This document shows positions 34,348 through 50,639 of a DNA stretch of 64,000 bases, piece after piece. The notes beneath the pieces are model-generated. The model did no database searches. It saw nothing but the letters and a program-made list of their open reading frames with translations, and was not told the origin of the DNA. Both the position numbers and the translations under genes were made by a program. Within the stretch, counting starts at the first letter, position 1. The number at the start of each line of letters is the position of its first letter. The stretch comes from Podarcis melisellensis (Eukaryota), in the NCBI GenBank assembly GCA_964234715.1, contig OZ174276.1; one strand, given 5' to 3'.

Positions 34348-37300
34348 AAGAGATCAGTGCGTCTTCACAGATCAACCAAGTAATCATAAGTCACTGATTA
34401 ACCTTGGCATTGTGTATAAATATTTTGATCATGTTCCCTTTTCTTGTTAAATTTATTCTTTTCCACATTGAAAGAACAACTTATTCCTATCAACATTGAA
34501 AAACAAGATTTTAAAACCTGCAAAAAACGCTTTTTCTAGGATTCACTTCTGCCAGAAGAAATACTTTAATGCCTTTTGATGAAAGGGTTGGTTACAGGGA
34601 ATTGCTGAGCAAAATTTTTATTTGGAAATTATCAGTGAGCAAAAATAGGTTTTATAATATCAGAATACTTATGAACGCTGGCTTGGATCCAAAGAACTGC
34701 AGGTGGAGTTCTGCTCATGAAATGAGTGTTATGCAGTGCCACATGGAAAGTTGCAGCTGGCAGAGAAAATTGTCAACACACTCACCCTTGAGCAAGCAGG
34801 AGTGCTTTCCACTTGATTAAGGGTTCTTTGTATCCAAGCCCATATTTTATATATTTTAATTTATATTTTAAAATTACCAGGATGTAGTCATTATCAGCAC
34901 TTTCAAAGCACTTCTTGTTAAAGCTATGATTTTGTCATCCTCTTGCTTGTATGAGCAAGGTAAGTGATTAATAGCATTCAGGGTAAATGAATAATTGTGT
35001 TTTAAATGCAGTCATATGCTAGTGATTTCTGTGAAAACATGGAAGAGCTGTGGGAGACAATCATTTATGCTACAAAATTTCAATTGTATGTGTTTATTAA
35101 TAATGTGATCCTTTCCATGAGATTTCTATACTATTTGAAGTTAAACTTTACTAAATGTTTACAGCTTAAGTGACACAAAATTTATGGCTTTGCTGTCAGC
35201 TGAATAAGATGCAGTAGAAGTTATTCACACTAGAAAAGAGCATTCTAACTTCTTGGCTTTGTAAAGGGTAACCATTGAGATTTTCAAGCCTGGTGCTGTT
35301 TACTTATAAATGCTGTAGCATAAGATGCCTTTTTATTGTGCTGCATCAGTCGCTAAGTGATGAGGATGCTATCAGTTTCAAAAGCAGCAAATGTGTCCTT
35401 TAGTACATTATAATTTCAAACTCATTCATTCTGTCTGACACTTGAGAATACTATTTTGGCATATCACATTGTCCAGTACTGTGGTTACTTCAGAATTTGA
35501 GGCTTAGTCTTTTTCTTAAAGTTTAGAAACTCTGCTTTACGGTCCAGATCCTATATGTGTCTACTCAGGAGAAAGTTCCACTGGGTTCAGTGAAACTTAC
35601 TCCCAGGATTATAGCTGCTCTGAGCAATCCCTAGCTATGGTAAGTCAGTGTAACTTAAAACAGCTTGAGTTTCCCCATCCCAAACTCCTTTCAGGAGGAA
35701 TTCAACTGACGCCACCTTTTTCACTTGTCACATTATGCCAGGTTGCTAGGTCACATGGCCCAGTTGAAAGGGGGTTAGAATAGGTCTCCCCTTGCTCTGC
35801 CATGTCCCTTTGGGGGGACTTATGATAGTTGAGCCCTGGCTGAGCCAGAGTGGGGGACTTATGCTGGTTTAGCCACTCAACTAGGAAAGCCAACTCTCTC
35901 ATCCTGGAGAATCTTTGGTTTGAATTGCACTGTTTGCCATTTTCCAACCTCCACTTGCAATACAGCATATTATATTCTGAGCCACTTTGCACATGGCATT
36001 TTCTATACCTGGGCATAATTCTGTAGCAAAAAGTGTGCAGTCAGCTGCATGCGTATCATACAGCTGCCCATTACCACATGCTTGCATCTGTTAAGGTGTG
36101 CTTTGTTCTACTGTATCCAAACACACATAAATAACTCTTGACAAAATAGACATTTCAATGATTTCCCCACTTTGCAAGTCTCATGGAAATATATTTCCAT
36201 ACAGATCTTACCTCTATATAGGAAAGGTATCATGCATGAAGGGACTCCCTGCTCCCATAACATAATTTTGTGGATTCTTTTTAAAGTTTGGAGTACTAAG
36301 AAATGTGTCGTGACCTGTCAAAATGCTTCCAGGGGCTGGCCATTTTCTGTTTGATCTGTGTTGCTTTATTTTTAAGATAATGTGTTGTTAATCACATGAA
36401 AACAACTTGTCAGATTGCTCTTCATTTGAGATCATATTCCAACAAGGTTGTTTTTTGTCTTTCTAGTTAAGCTCTCTGGTGGAATGTTGGAGGGATGTCT
36501 TACAGGACCAGGCACAGTTCAGTCACCTATTTATCCCCATTCATAAGAATCTTCATTTATAACCTACATTTCAGGAAGGAATTCAGTGATTACTTAAGCT
36601 GGCATAGCCCCAGAGATCATTAAACTACACTACTATAAATGATGATTCGCTTAGTAAGCTCCTGGGTGTATCCAAATCAATTACACTTCCTACTTTTAAA
36701 AATGTTTAAAAAACAGGGTGAGATACAATGTAATGCAAGTGGCCTGCACAGTGGGCTATTTCTTCCTTTCCCCCATTCCAAACCTCCAAAACTTGTTTTT
36801 GAGAATTGGGAGGCCCTCTGGAGCAGTTTTTAGTGGGGCATAGGGGGCTGGAGGGTAGAGAAGAGAATCCAGAAGCACCCTTGTGCAAGCAGACAGACAA
36901 CATTGGGTGTCACTTCCTTTAATTCACACAAGAACTGCTTCAGAGGAAGTGAAACAGTGTTGTGTTTCCTTGACTTACTGTTTAGCTCTGACTTTATTCC
37001 TAAAATAATTTATGCACTTGCAGTCAATAGTACTGTGAGCACCGAACGTCTTTCAGTAAAGAAAATACAATGTCAAAATCATAATTAAAATTAATCAACT
37101 CTTGTCTTAAATATAAATGACAAAAGACACAGCATGATGAACCTACTATACTATTGTGGTATAAACTAATTAAGATATAATCATATATTTTGGAGTATGT
37201 ATAGTGTCAAGACTTGAGTGTGCACTTTTAATGAAGAAATTTGTAATTTACATGATAAAATATCCTAAAAATAATTTTAGTACAATTTTGAGACCAAAAA

Positions 37301-37621
37301 TGATTTCTTATAAAACTCAGAGCAGCATATACTTTTAAAAGTGATGTCTGCTACACTGAAATCTCTGTGTTGCAGGTTTGCACAGCTTGATCCACAAACC
37401 TTAAATTAATTTAGTTTTGCTTTATTTTGGATCCAGCTGAAGTACTGTTTTTAAATAGTGTCATTTAATGACTGCTATGAAATATTTCAATATTTAATTT
37501 TTTGCTAAAAGGCACCTGTTTTCTCATTCACTGTTTCCCATCTAGCCTAGCTTGCATATTCTTAAGGAAAAAAAAGTGTATGTAATTGCTCATTGTTGAT
37601 TATAGTTCAGATTGTCTAGGG

Positions 37622-38118
37622 CAGGGGTCTGCAACTCGCAGCTCCGGAGCCGCATGTGGCTCTTTTACACCTTTGCCACGGCTCCGGGGCGGAAACTAGC
37701 GAGGGGAAGAGGCGCATTGTGCGCCCCGACACTCCCCACTGTGGCGGGCGCTGTACTGGCTGTGACGACGCATGGGGGCAGTATGTGTGTTAGTCACGCA
37801 CCGTCCCGACGTCACCTTCCCGCCCACCCGCCCGCTACATTGTAAGGGCCATGTACGCTGGTCACTGCATTGAAAGGGGGCATATACGCTGGTCACTGTT
37901 TTCAAGGGGAGTGAAGAACACACACACAAAAAGGTAACTTGTTAATTTAACGTTTATTTCTATGAGGAGGAGTAATTCTGAGGGGTCAAACAAAGAAATA
38001 ATAAAAAAGTGACAAAAAAGTTATTTTTATAATGACGAGTTTTGCGGCTCCCAGGTTTTTTTTTTCTTCGGAAACGGGTCCAAGTGGCTCTTTTTGTCTT
38101 AAAGGTTGCAGACCCCTG
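37622..38118. mobile_element. Non-autonomous hAT (Charlie-type) MITE inside the NR2C2 3'UTR
   Basis: 14-bp perfect TIR CAGGGGTCTGCAAC/GTTGCAGACCCCTG; 8-bp TSD GTCTAGGG at 37614-37621 and 38119-38126. Confidence 0.93.
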
Positions 38119-40072
38119 GTCTAGGGTTACTTAGTAAGCATCCTTGGAAGCAACTTCGTTTTGAGATCAGTAAGATACATGTATTTATCTATCTACAAGA
38201 TTGGAAACATAAGCATTTAAAACAAATTCACTGTGTGCCCTGCCAATTGTTAAATAAGATGGCAATCTTGAGTTTAATTGATTTCAGAGGGACTTAGACA
38301 TGCATGTCTATTAGTCTGCAGCCTCAGTGGATTATAGGAGAGTTTATGTGGCAAGCTAACTAACATCATGTTCTCCCCCAAAGCTTCACTTGCCATGAGT
38401 TACAATGGTTCTGAGTTCTGCAAATAGTTCCTGTGAAAGGAGAGTCATAATTTAAAAAGTATGTTTCTGTAGGTGTTCCTATTTCTTCAGAACCAACTTG
38501 TGACGTAACATTGGAGGGAGGAAGAATATGCCTTTGATGGGGGAGGAGTCAAATAAGGTCTACCCAAGCTCTTGAGCTCCCCTAAAGAAGTGCTTTGGAT
38601 CCCGGCCATATTTATTTGTGTGTATGATGTTTTATGTGCTTGTATCTAACTTAGTCTGGTATATTATGTACAGTGTAATATAAAGTGTGTATGTATGTAT
38701 ATAGAACTATGTACAGTCATGTAATCATATATATCAGATTTCTATATGTTAACAAAAAAAAAGATTTATAAATGCATTGCAAAGATTGAGCTTCCTAAAT
38801 TCTATTTCTTGCTCAAAGCTCAGTCCTGGTATGATTATTTGCATCTCACTTTCCTTGGTAGAGTAGGTACCTGTTTCTAAACCCAGGATGTATTTGCACT
38901 TTTTCTTAAATACTGAAACTATTTAATAGTTCCACATGTTATTTCTAAATACACCCAAGCCCTGTTGAAATGAAATGAGGTTGTGCAGTGATAGTGTTTG
39001 GTGAATTGCATCTGTGGACCATAAACATTTCTATGTTATTGACACATGCAAAGGGGGCTTTTAAAACTCTTCTGAAAGGTTTGGCTTTTTTCAAAATATA
39101 TATACAGTCTTCTTTTCTAAAGCATGTAAAGCTTCATCACTGTGTTTATAATGTCTGTACGTCCCGTGAAGTTGCTAATGAGAAGGAACAAGGTTGCTGC
39201 ACAACAGATGTGTGTAGTTTTGTATTGACAACCATCTAGTGTAACTGAGCATAAGGCAAACTGCAGGAGTAGCGTCATAAATGTCACTATCTGCTAGCTA
39301 CGTAATACATGGCACCATATCTTTCCTGGCAAATAAATACATTTCTTTTTAGAGACAGACCACTAAAAGGAATTTAAAAACAAACAAACAAGCTTATAGG
39401 AATTGTCTTATGCTACTAGTGAAAGTCTATGGAAGGTTTCCAGATAACCTGTGCAGGAAAATAGTTTGTGTGTTACAGACAATATTTCTTACTGTCCTAC
39501 CTTCCCTAAAACCTGTTTATATAGTTACTCTGGCTTGCTTAGGCATTCTTTCCTTTTCCCATGGAAGAAACTTTGGTTTCAGATAGAAACAGTTGGTCAA
39601 GAATGACAGCTAGCTGAGCATGCATGAGTCATATAGAGTGTGGTCCGAGATAATTGTGAACATATTTTAAGGGAGACATTTTCTTTTAATGAAAGAGTAG
39701 TAGATTTGTGAAGTAAACAAAGGACAAGATGCTTCCTGGTACATTGAAAGATCTCCGTCGACATTCCAAGAAAGAGACATTTCTCCCTTTCCTCTTTTGG
39801 CATGTGTGGATGAGAGCCATACACCCAAGCAGGAAGCCAAGATATTATAGGCTATGGCAGGTCTGTGTGTGCCTCCCATGTCATCATCCAATCTTCGCTT
39901 TCTTTGGAATTGAAGTAACATGCTTGGCATGGAGGGCAGCAGGAGATTGATGGAGGACTTGGGAGGTGTTACACACTTTGCTTTTTCCACAATGCCTTGG
40001 CACCCTATCCACATCATTCCACATCCAGAGAGGGAAAGAGAAATTGGTCTCTTGTGAGGATCACTGCACATA

Positions 40073-40301
40073 CAGGTACCTTGGTTTTTGAACAGAATAC
40101 ATTCTGGGAGTTCATTCGACTCCCAGAACCATTCGAAAACCAAAGCGCAGCTTCCAATTGGCTGCAGGAGTGTCCTGCAGCCAATCGGAAGCCGTGCTGG
40201 ACATTCAGCTTCCAAAAACCGGAACACTCACTTCCGGGTTTTGATCGTTCAGGAGCCAATTTGTTCGGGAGCCAAGGCATTCAGCTTCCAAGGTACAACT
40301 G
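40073..40301. mobile_element. Tc1/mariner MITE inside the NR2C2 3'UTR
   Basis: TA-CAGGTACCTTGG ... CCAAGGTACAACTG-TA; internal palindrome ttggctgcagga/tcctgcagccaa. Confidence 0.78.
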
Positions 40302-41591
40302 TATTGTACTAACATTAGGAAGAACTATGCCCAAAGTTAATTCTTGGAAAATGAAGCTTTCTGTTCTCTTCACCACCTTAACAATCCTCCTGATGCCTAT
40401 ACAGTCTAAGACCTGATCTCCACACATTTTCCTACTGGTCAGTGCTCTAGGTCTGATCTTTTAAAAGTTTTGGTGAACTAAGGAGTGCTCCTAGTAGTTG
40501 CATACAATCTAGCTCCTGCATCTAGTCTTGTACTTGCAGGATTTGAGTTCTGACTGTAAAGTTCATAAATGCTCCTTTATATTGGGCATGCAATCCTTGG
40601 AGAAGCATTTCTGCCCAGCTTCCATTTCCTGACCTGCTGCTTAATAAATGTACATAGTGGGGGGGTTTGTTTGTTTTTAAAAAAAAGATATTTCAGCTGT
40701 GGATGTTTTTGAAACATTTTTGGCAGAAAGCTCCATTGATTTAGTGTTATGACAATCGGTACTCTGTTTGCTTTAATTAAAGTGAAGTCTTCTTGAATAG
40801 AAGACTTCCATCATAAAATGATTTCCCCATTTTTAATTGTTCCTTAAAAGGTACAATCCCCTGTAATAGAGGTACTAACCCGATTTCTGATTCTGGTAAA
40901 TGGATGATTTAAGCTGTTTCTGGAAACAAGTATGCTACTTTTGCTTTCTGTACCACATTTGGAGGGGCAGGGGTGTGAAAAATGGAAATCTTACCATAAG
41001 GCTGGAGGAGTTTTGAGTAGTCTATTGACCAAAATACAGTATATTTACTTGCAGTATCTATGGAACTCATATGCCGAAAAGACTTCTGTGACTAACCACT
41101 AATTCTAAATAACACCATTGTTCCCAATAGTTTTGTAACAAAACAACTGCTCATATTTATCCATTATATAATTGTTGTATGTATTTGGAAAACCCTTCAA
41201 GCGCTAAGCTCTTATTAAAGCTAACCTATTTGCCACAAGATAGGTGATAATTCCCTGGGGTATCTTTTGTAACCCTGTGCTTTTCATTGTCCATTGTCTC
41301 TGTATCTTCTTTTTTTAAATACAAGGTTTAAAACCTGACAAAAGCTGTTGCTTCCTCACAGTTTATTTTGTGAAATCAGCTTTGTAAATGTGATAGCATT
41401 TAAAATAGCATGTTCTTTTTTTATCTGAATTTTTATATCTAATCAATGTCTTCAGTCATGAAGAGAAATTTGCATTGTTGTGTGTGTATATAGAGTATTG
41501 CAGTGCATGCTTATGCATTTTATTAAATGCTGTCTAAATGTGGCATTATATTGTTGTGGCTTAATATTTCTGCCTACAGAAGGTTTATACT

Positions 41592-41606
41592 ATTAAAATA
41601 AATAAA
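41592..41606 (+). terminator. Polyadenylation signal cluster, likely the distal NR2C2 PAS
   Basis: ATTAAA 41592, AATAAA 41597 and 41601, followed by a U-rich tract. Confidence 0.6.
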
Positions 41607-43198
41607 GACCCTTTTATGGCCTCTGAGTTCTTTTTTCAGAGCAGGTAATTATGGCAAAATTTTTTGAATGGGTTCACAATATTCTTTGAGAATGCCTTGG
41701 ATCCAAAGAATTGTTCATCTACCGGTAATTTTGCCTGCCTAATAGGGTTTTATCCAAGTGTTTCTTCAACATAAGAATGTTTTCCCATCCTTGCCATAGG
41801 GCAAATGACTTTTCAGACAAGGAGGATTTTAAAAGCAGTTTGCGGTAGTTGGGGTTGGCTTCTGCCTAAAAGTGGAGGGAATCAAAAATCTCCATTGGGC
41901 ATGCCTGAAATAGCTCTTTGGATACTGGCCAGAGTACTGGAGCAGTTTTAACTGTATGGAGAAAAAAACCGTTTCGTTGACTGGTTGCGACCTACAAAGC
42001 CCCACTTGACTTCTGAGTTATTTGAAAAACCAACCACTTTCTCTCTGCTGGTTCTCATAGGATCTTTCTTTCCTGCCTACTTCTGAAGGGCATTCAGTTG
42101 AAATGCGGGAGAGGGCCTTAGTTGCCAACGCCAGTCTCTCTAACTCCTTGCAAAAGGAGCATCTCTGATGACCTACAGTCAGCAAATAAATAATTTTATT
42201 TAGAATTTGGTCCATTGGCTGAATTGAAAATATGTTGACTTTTTACACCTGTTTTTCCGTTTTGTTATTTGATTATATTTGATTATTTTAAAGTATATTT
42301 TGTGGTGTTAGTTGCTTTGACTATCATTTGGTGGAGCAGCGGGATACATATTTAACAAGAATGGAAGAAGCTCCACATGGTGAAAATACTGTGTTCAATA
42401 CAATTCCTGTTGGCCAGGAAGGAAGCATTTGAACATTTCTGAGTGCTGAGCTGTGTGAGATGCATTTCCTTTTTTCTATATTTTGAGAACCTTGCTTTTT
42501 GGATTTTTATTTTAACAGAAGCTGGCTTTCTTCACTCCACATATGATCAGGGTCACTATATATTATTTAGGGTATGTTTAAGGAAAAAAGTGGTTCCATA
42601 GGGGAAAAGATGCCATACTCAATTTAGTACTAGATTTTTTTGGAAATCAAAGCTTTGCCCTCCTAGTTCATTTACTTCAATGCTGAAAACTCGGCCTTGT
42701 ACTGAAGCCGCCGCTTCAAACTTTACAAACGAGCCGAAGCATTTCGACATTCCGCTGGCGGCGTTTCCTCGCAGCAGCAGCAGCAGAGCAGGATCTCGCG
42801 CAGCGCAAAGTTGTGAGAACAGCCTGCGTAACTTTCCCATGCACTCAAACAGTATATGTCGGTGGTTGCAAATCAGCGCCGCCAGCCGAACGTCTGGAAT
42901 GCGCGTTTGTGCATTTTACTGAATGCCTCTCCGTTTGCGCAGTTCTAGGTATCTCGCTCTCACTATTCTCTCGGATCGCAGTGTAAACAGACCCCCGGTG
43001 CTTGCACTTCCGATCCCATGCCCTCCGATTCGTCCCGCCTCCTCCGCTCTCCCGGAAACTACACTTCCCGCATCCCCTTGCGATCGGCTCTCCGTTTCCT
43101 CTCCCGCCCGGGTGGGTAGGAGCAAGCAAGTTGCGCCGCCGACTCGTGCCGCTGCCTTTGGCTCCGCGGTGCGCGCGGGGCTGCCGCCTGCCGCCGCC

Positions 43199-46360
<3,162 letters not shown>

Positions 46361-46514
46361 GCCAGCTTTCTACAGCAGGGAGTAAAGCATTCAGAATGCC
46401 AAGAAAGCGGGCATCTTAACACTGATGACAACACATTGGTCTTTTTGCAAACCACCATTTAAGTAACAGAAAAATATCTGGACTTACTTAAAACAAGTAA
46501 GGATGAATCTTTTA

Positions 46515-46520
46515 AATAAA
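46515..46520 (+). terminator. Probable MRPS25 polyadenylation signal
   Basis: AATAAA 155 nt after the stop, with GU-rich sequence downstream. Confidence 0.6.
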
Positions 46521-47817
46521 TTCTGGAATTGTTCTTGTGATGGGCTGGATTGTGAATATATATGTTTGCCATTTGTTTTTAAATCAAAGGAGAACACATC
46601 TTGGTCGAACCCTGGTTTAATGAATCGTGTGCTTTTTTGTGTTACAACCATCCAAATACAGAATCCTGTCTATATGATATGTGCCTGGTCTTGGGAGGAC
46701 AGGCTCCCCTTCACTCAAATAGCTGCTCTTAGTGGTGGAGGCTCTGGATTTAACAAATCTCTGGATTATGCGCAGGTTTTGGGTATGCTGCAGATCTGTA
46801 GGAGCAGTGGAAGAGGGCAGGGTATGGGTTATATTGGGTGCCAGCTTGACCTCCTTGAGATGCTTATGGTTAAACAGGATGTCTTTAAAAAGAAACAAGC
46901 TTTCAGTGTTTATAAATGCAAATACATGCTTTAAAGAGTGAATAATGCCTGCTAAAGTCCCAGGCAACAAAGGTAGCTAAAAAGATCTCCAGTGGTTAGC
47001 TAGACTTCAGGGCTGGTCATTCTCCTTGCCTGTCTATCCAACTAGCATGAATGAGGCAGGTTTGTGTAATGTACATGTGGCAGGAATTAAATTGCCACGG
47101 CGTGGAAATTAAAGTTTAGAGTGAAGTAACAAAACTGAACCAGCTCCCAAACTGCTTTTGCTGGCAATAGATTGAGCTGCCCCATATGAAAAACGCAAGA
47201 GCTACTGGGTGGAGGCAGTTTAGTCAAAATATATTCTTTTCTATTCAAAACCATAAGGCCTTGAGAAATTTGGCATTAAAATTTACTGCATTCCCCCCCC
47301 CCCCCAGTTTTGGCTAAGGCTGTTCTTAGCTCCTTGCTAAATCTCAATAGGTAGATGTATCGCCTGTATTATGTAGAGGCCCGTTTGTAAATAAGAACCA
47401 TTCTGTATTTTGTTACTTTATGTTTGTATAAGAAAAAAGTATCATTTCAAGCTGATGTAAATATGTTGATTACGAAGAAGCTTTATCTTCAGCCGACAAC
47501 CAGTTCAGAGGTGGGTTGCCAACTTACGAGCAAGCGATGCTACACACCATTCCGTCTATTTGCAATGTTCAAGTTATAATTGCTGTTGCTATGTAACTAA
47601 AATGGCACCATGCGTAAGTTTACAAAAGTATTAATTTTGTTCTCAGGGGAAATCCTGAGGAGAGGACTTCCCATAGCCCAGTGAGGCCCATATACACACA
47701 CTGGCCACAGAAGATGCTGAAACCTCAAAGGGAAGGGGCCTATTGAGAGTGCAGCAACTGACTTGGGCCTCTTATTTAACACGAGAAATAAATCACACAT
47801 ACAAACCAATATGTTAT

Positions 47818-47823
47818 TTTATT
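47818..47823 (-). terminator. Candidate RBSN polyadenylation signal (implies a ~2.8-kb 3'UTR)
   Basis: AATAAA on the - strand followed by GU-rich ggtttgtatgtgtgattt. Confidence 0.45.
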
Positions 47824-50639
47824 TCTTCAAAGCTTGCAAATTAGGAGTAGTGCATGCAAGTGTATAAACGGATGTCTTTAATGTTAATTCTCACAATGGC
47901 ATGGTTTTGTTCTGTTTCATAGTGTAAATTCAGTAGTACAAATGGAAGGCTGTCAAAATGTGAGTCTACCACCATCCTATCAAGGCGGCTAGTTACATTT
48001 CACATTGACTTGCAGTCATGGAGCTACAAACCAACATAGTTACTAGTAAAAATACATCAATACTATGTCTTTAAAGAGTATTAGACTACAGAGTACCTAA
48101 AAACAAGGCAGAATTGATGTAACAAGGAAACATATTTTAAATGTAAAAAAAAAGCCACTGAAACATTCATTTTGGCTGGGATATACAAAGTATTCCAGTT
48201 AAGTCTGGTGTCTTGCTGCCTAGAATAAAGTATATAGATGATTTTGTTTTAGACAAACCACTGCTCCTTAGCTGGTAGTCACATAAAAGCTGTGGTGCTT
48301 GCTTACTTTAGCTATATACATAAATTTCTTTATTCACTGCATTTTACTACACATGTCTGGTTACCCGATATTAGCCTGTCCTGTTAGATTTGTTAGGTGC
48401 ACCTGTTCCGCAAGCCCAATCCCAGTTATTTCCAATTAGGAAAAAGAAAAAGATGACCTTAAATTCTTAGGTCATCTGCCCTTACTACTCTTGCCCTAAG
48501 TACCGTCTTCAGGTCTGTTTCCACAGGATGGCTCAACACAATTCTGAGTGCTTTTTAAACAAGCTGGCATAGTTTTAGTCAATACTTTGTAAATCAAATT
48601 AATTTTGAAGCTGAGATCATTTTCCTCCTACCCTGCCCCACCAAAGCTACCACTGAAACAGTTTTAGTCAATACTAAGTATATTAAATTAGTTATGTAAC
48701 TGAGCACATTCCTCCCAGCAGACAGAAAAATCAAATGAAAGGGAAACTAGAAGGAATGGGTTTTTTTCTAAATCGCCTAAAGCCATGCCCCAAATAAAGG
48801 AGATATATAGAATTGATTCCGTAAAGTGCTACTTTAACTCTTGACCATATTAAGCACCCCCCAAGGAACAACACATCTCTGTAAACATTTTTTCTGGAAT
48901 CCCAACAGTTTGAATTACTGTTCGGGTTTAGAAATCCTGAACCAGCTATTAGTGTCTTGCTACTCCTGGATTAATCCCTTGTTTCTGTTTGTAGTATTTA
49001 AGCCAACGCTTTTGAATGTGTGAAAATTTACATTTTTTTTTTTTACACAGCAAAGCTAACTCATGTCCCAACTGCTGGGCCTTTCCCCCACTCATGAATG
49101 AAGCAAAATTTGATTTCTAGAAGTCCATAATGATCCTCAGGAGTCAGCCCCCATGTGTGACATTCAAATTGCTCTTCATTCTTAAAAAAATAATCAAATG
49201 CGACCAAATCATGTTCATTCAGCAGAACTGAAACCAGAAATTGTTTGATAGCCCTTCAGTTACATACAATTATTTTTATACTTTCCCCAAAAATTCCAGT
49301 TCATATTTTGAACTGGAAATATCCAGTGAGTAAAGAAATATCCAAAGGACATAATTAACCAGTTTTTTATATGGAAAAATTAACCACCCAATCCCAAGCT
49401 ATGCTGCTTCACAGCTTCTAGTTTGACAGGGTATGGGCTTGCACAGACCCTCCACAGCAGTAATAGAAACTACACAGCAACAATGGCTGGTAGATTCAGC
49501 TCCCAAATATCTGAGCTTTGTGCTCTCCTGAAGCACACACCATGAACCCATTCTGAATTTATAAAGGGAACAGTATATTTTATATTCAAAACAGGTGTCA
49601 AACCTTGAGAGAGGTAGCTAGGTGTTGTTTAAAAACTGAGGGAAGGCCATCTTCACATGATCAGATCATAGTTGGCTAACAGTTTGCTTTTCCATTGAAA
49701 TCAGATTTCCTCCCTTATAGTATAACTGGTGCTTTCTTCCCCCACCACACACACTTTGCATGCATATGCTGCAGTTATCATTTTAACAGTCATAGCATTT
49801 CCGCTAGCCAGGGAATTTTGAGAATTGCAACTTCTGAGAGAAAGCAACAAGAAAAATCAGCATCCTCAACAAAAGGTGCTGTTCCCAGGGTTCGCTAGAG
49901 AAAGCTATTAAAATAAAAAAAAGTCCTGAAAAACAGGTGATGGAGGGAACAGAAGATCATTGGGGTCTACATTTTCTAAAACAGATATTATGTCTATAAC
50001 ATCACATCTACCCAAATCTACTTTAAAATCCCTTTATATTATCTTTTGTATTGCACAGTCAGATCATTGGCCTTGGTACTGTGCAGGTCACACTGCATCT
50101 CAGCAACCTGCTTTTTAACACTTGCCCTTAGCATATATGGCAGTTACACACATTTGCTAAAGGCACCATCTTATTTCATGCTTGACACAGAATTTACCAG
50201 ACACTCTGGATCCCTTATTAGTGGAAAAGCTAGCTTTAGAAGGCCAGTCTGTAATACTGCAACAACCAAACACAGAGGGAAAGATTGTATTTTCCTGCAC
50301 CTTAAAGCATCCGTTTCCGTATTAGCCTACAGAGTTTACATCTGAAATAAAAGGAATGCCAAGAAGCATAACAATGTTAAGAGGTTAGGTTGTGATAAAA
50401 ACTGGTTGTGATACGTTTTAGATTTGTAAATGGTCTGTGACACAGTTTTAGGTTATTACAAAATCATAACAGTGTGGACAGTATTAGCAAAGTCTGAATA
50501 ATAGTGGAAATACCCACGCCAAAGTGCAGACAATTAGAGTCAATCCCAAAATTCCCTCTTGCATTTTAATTCCACCTGCCCGCCTTTGCTTCTGGGACAG
50601 TCAGAGAACTGTAAAGTTGTATGTGCATGGAAACAGCAA

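Larger units (their letters stand above)
34348..41620 (+). other. NR2C2: Probable long 3'UTR of NR2C2 (~7.3 kb)
   Basis: AU/UG-rich non-coding sequence ending in clustered ATTAAA/AATAAA at 41592-41606; extent inferred, not proven. Confidence 0.6.

Noticed and set aside
39667-40416. 186-aa and 139-aa ORFs in the NR2C2 3' region
   Set aside because: They overlap a MITE, show no protein similarity I can recognise, and lack splice context.
47456-47596. Short + frame CKYVDYEEALSSADNQFRGGLPTYEQAM... with an LPxY-like motif
   Set aside because: It is bounded by stops and has no compatible acceptor or upstream start. The motif overlaps GGGTTGCCAACT, a common transposon-end sequence, so it is probably chance.
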